Of a stretch of 64,000 nt of DNA, positions 63,095 through 64,000 are shown piece by piece (within the stretch, counting starts at the first letter, position 1; each line of letters opens with the position of its first letter). The notes under the pieces are model-generated. The model was not told the origin of the DNA and made no database searches. It worked only from the letters and a program-made list of their open reading frames with translations. The translations under genes and the position numbers were made by a program. Origin of the DNA: an uncultured Prevotellaceae bacterium. GTDB lineage: Bacteria; Bacteroidota; Bacteroidia; Bacteroidales; Bacteroidaceae. The stretch lies in assembly GCA_937910905.1 (NCBI GenBank), contig CALEPV010000066.1, positions 19,759-83,758 of the forward strand, given 5' to 3'.

Positions 63095-63138
63095 TGCGTT
63101 CAAGCACTGAAACGAATCAATAAAAGCAAGATAACTGT

Positions 63139-63855
63139 ATGGAACAAGTACAATCTATGACCGATGAGTTGCGCGGTCAGCGATGGACCAGTATTCTGCT
63201 GGGCTATGTGTTGGTTCTCGCCATCATGTTCGTCGCATTCGAGTACACGCAGCGCGAGGTAGAGAAGCAAGAACAGGAGAAAATCTTTGAGAGCATCACC
63301 GTGGAGGAGGAAATGATTCCTATCACCACGCAGAAAGTCGAGCTCGCTCCTCCACCACCAGCACCTAAGGAGGTGGAAGTGATCAACATCGTTGAGGATG
63401 AGCAGGAGATTCAGGAGGAAGAGGTGAACACCAGCGAGGAAATGAACCAGGCTGTATCGTCTGTTCATGCCGATGGTGCACATGCAGTGGTTGCTGCAGC
63501 TCCTGTGCTCGGTCCTGTGCGTGAGGAAGGCGACGACGACAACATCTACGAGGTCGTGGAGGCCAACGCCGAGTTCCCCGGTGGTGAGGCTGCCTGCGTG
63601 CGCTGGCTTTCAGAGCACATCAAGTATCCGGCCATCGCACTTGAGCAGGGCATCAAGGGTCGTGTGGTTGTGCAGTTCGTGGTCAACAAGGACGGTTCTA
63701 TTCAGGACGTGAAGGTGCTCCGTTCGCCAGACCCATCACTCTCCAAGGAGGCTGAGCGCGTGGTGAAGGAGATGCCTAAGTGGAAGCCTGCACGCCAGGG
63801 CAACAAGACCGTGCGTTCACGCTTCAACCTGCCAGTGAACTTCACAATCCGATAA
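63139..63855 (+). CDS. tonB: Energy transducer TonB-family protein
   Basis: N-terminal TM, proline/glutamate-rich spacer (APPPPAPKEVEV) and C-terminal TonB domain (AEFPGGEAA...YPAIALEQGIKGRVVVQFVVNKDGS). Confidence 0.8.
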   Translation: MEQVQSMTDELRGQRWTSILLGYVLVLAIMFVAFEYTQREVEKQEQEKIFESITVEEEMIPITTQKVELAPPPPAPKEVEVINIVEDEQEIQEEEVNTSEEMNQAVSSVHADGAHAVVAAAPVLGPVREEGDDDNIYEVVEANAEFPGGEAACVRWLSEHIKYPAIALEQGIKGRVVVQFVVNKDGSIQDVKVLRSPDPSLSKEAERVVKEMPKWKPARQGNKTVRSRFNLPVNFTIR

Positions 63856-64000
63856 GGGCGCTGTAGTAGTTCCGCTAAGGGCGCTGCTTCAACAGGTCAC
63901 CCTTGGTTGGTTCTGCGAGGTTTGCCCTCGCAGCCTCCCCATCAGCAAAACAGGCTGCCAGCCCAGAACCATAAGAGGCTGCGCTGACACGGCTCAGCGC

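Noticed and set aside
1-64000. Search by eye for tRNA, rRNA, tmRNA, RNase P, SRP RNA, transposase, integrase and restriction-modification genes
   Set aside because: None recognised. All intergenic regions over 100 bp are accounted for by promoters, leaders, the riboswitch or the repeat elements described. A covariance-model scan would be needed to exclude small ncRNAs.

Overview
64-kb chromosomal window from a GC-rich Bacteroidota genome. It looks Prevotellaceae-like: TAnnTTTG -7 promoter boxes, T9SS porQ, a TonB-dependent receptor, a split 5'-nucleotidase and PUL-type glycosidases. Most of it is housekeeping. There is a complete minus-strand dcw cluster (rsmH-ftsL-ftsI-murE-mraY-murD-ftsW-murG-murC-ftsQ-ftsA-ftsZ, 11.6-27.5 kb; no mraZ or murF). 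Other core genes are pta/ackA, lpxH, radC, recO, sufS, ruvB, rluD, rpmH, efp, rplS, rsmA, argR-GNAT-argG, a TPP riboswitch-TBDR-pnuT unit, xseA, meaB, ispH-cmk, porQ and tonB. Glycan genes are GH53, GH95, kduI and an orphan PTS-EIIC-like permease. The ORF track accepts GTG/TTG starts, so several starts were trimmed to the likely ATG. Six things are not explained by ordinary annotation. (1) A dispersed family of five about 90-110 bp intergenic elements, each made of 4-5 copies of a 16-bp palindrome (TTGCACCGCGGTGCAA / TTGCAGCACGCTGCAA) in exact 22-bp register. They sit mostly just after stop codons, and one lies inside the dcw operon. (2) Three further unrelated 22-bp-period repeat arrays. (3) Two inverted-repeat-bounded, MITE-like elements, one filling the ftsW-murG spacer. 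(4) A low-GC ORF6N/KilA-N-like gene inserted between pta and ackA, interrupted by one in-frame TAG. (5) A TIR domain fused to a four-helix membrane domain, a candidate single-gene NADase defence or abortive-infection module. (6) A KduI homologue with a Sec signal peptide next to an orphan EIIC permease. No rRNA, tRNA, CRISPR array, transposase or integrase gene was recognised.
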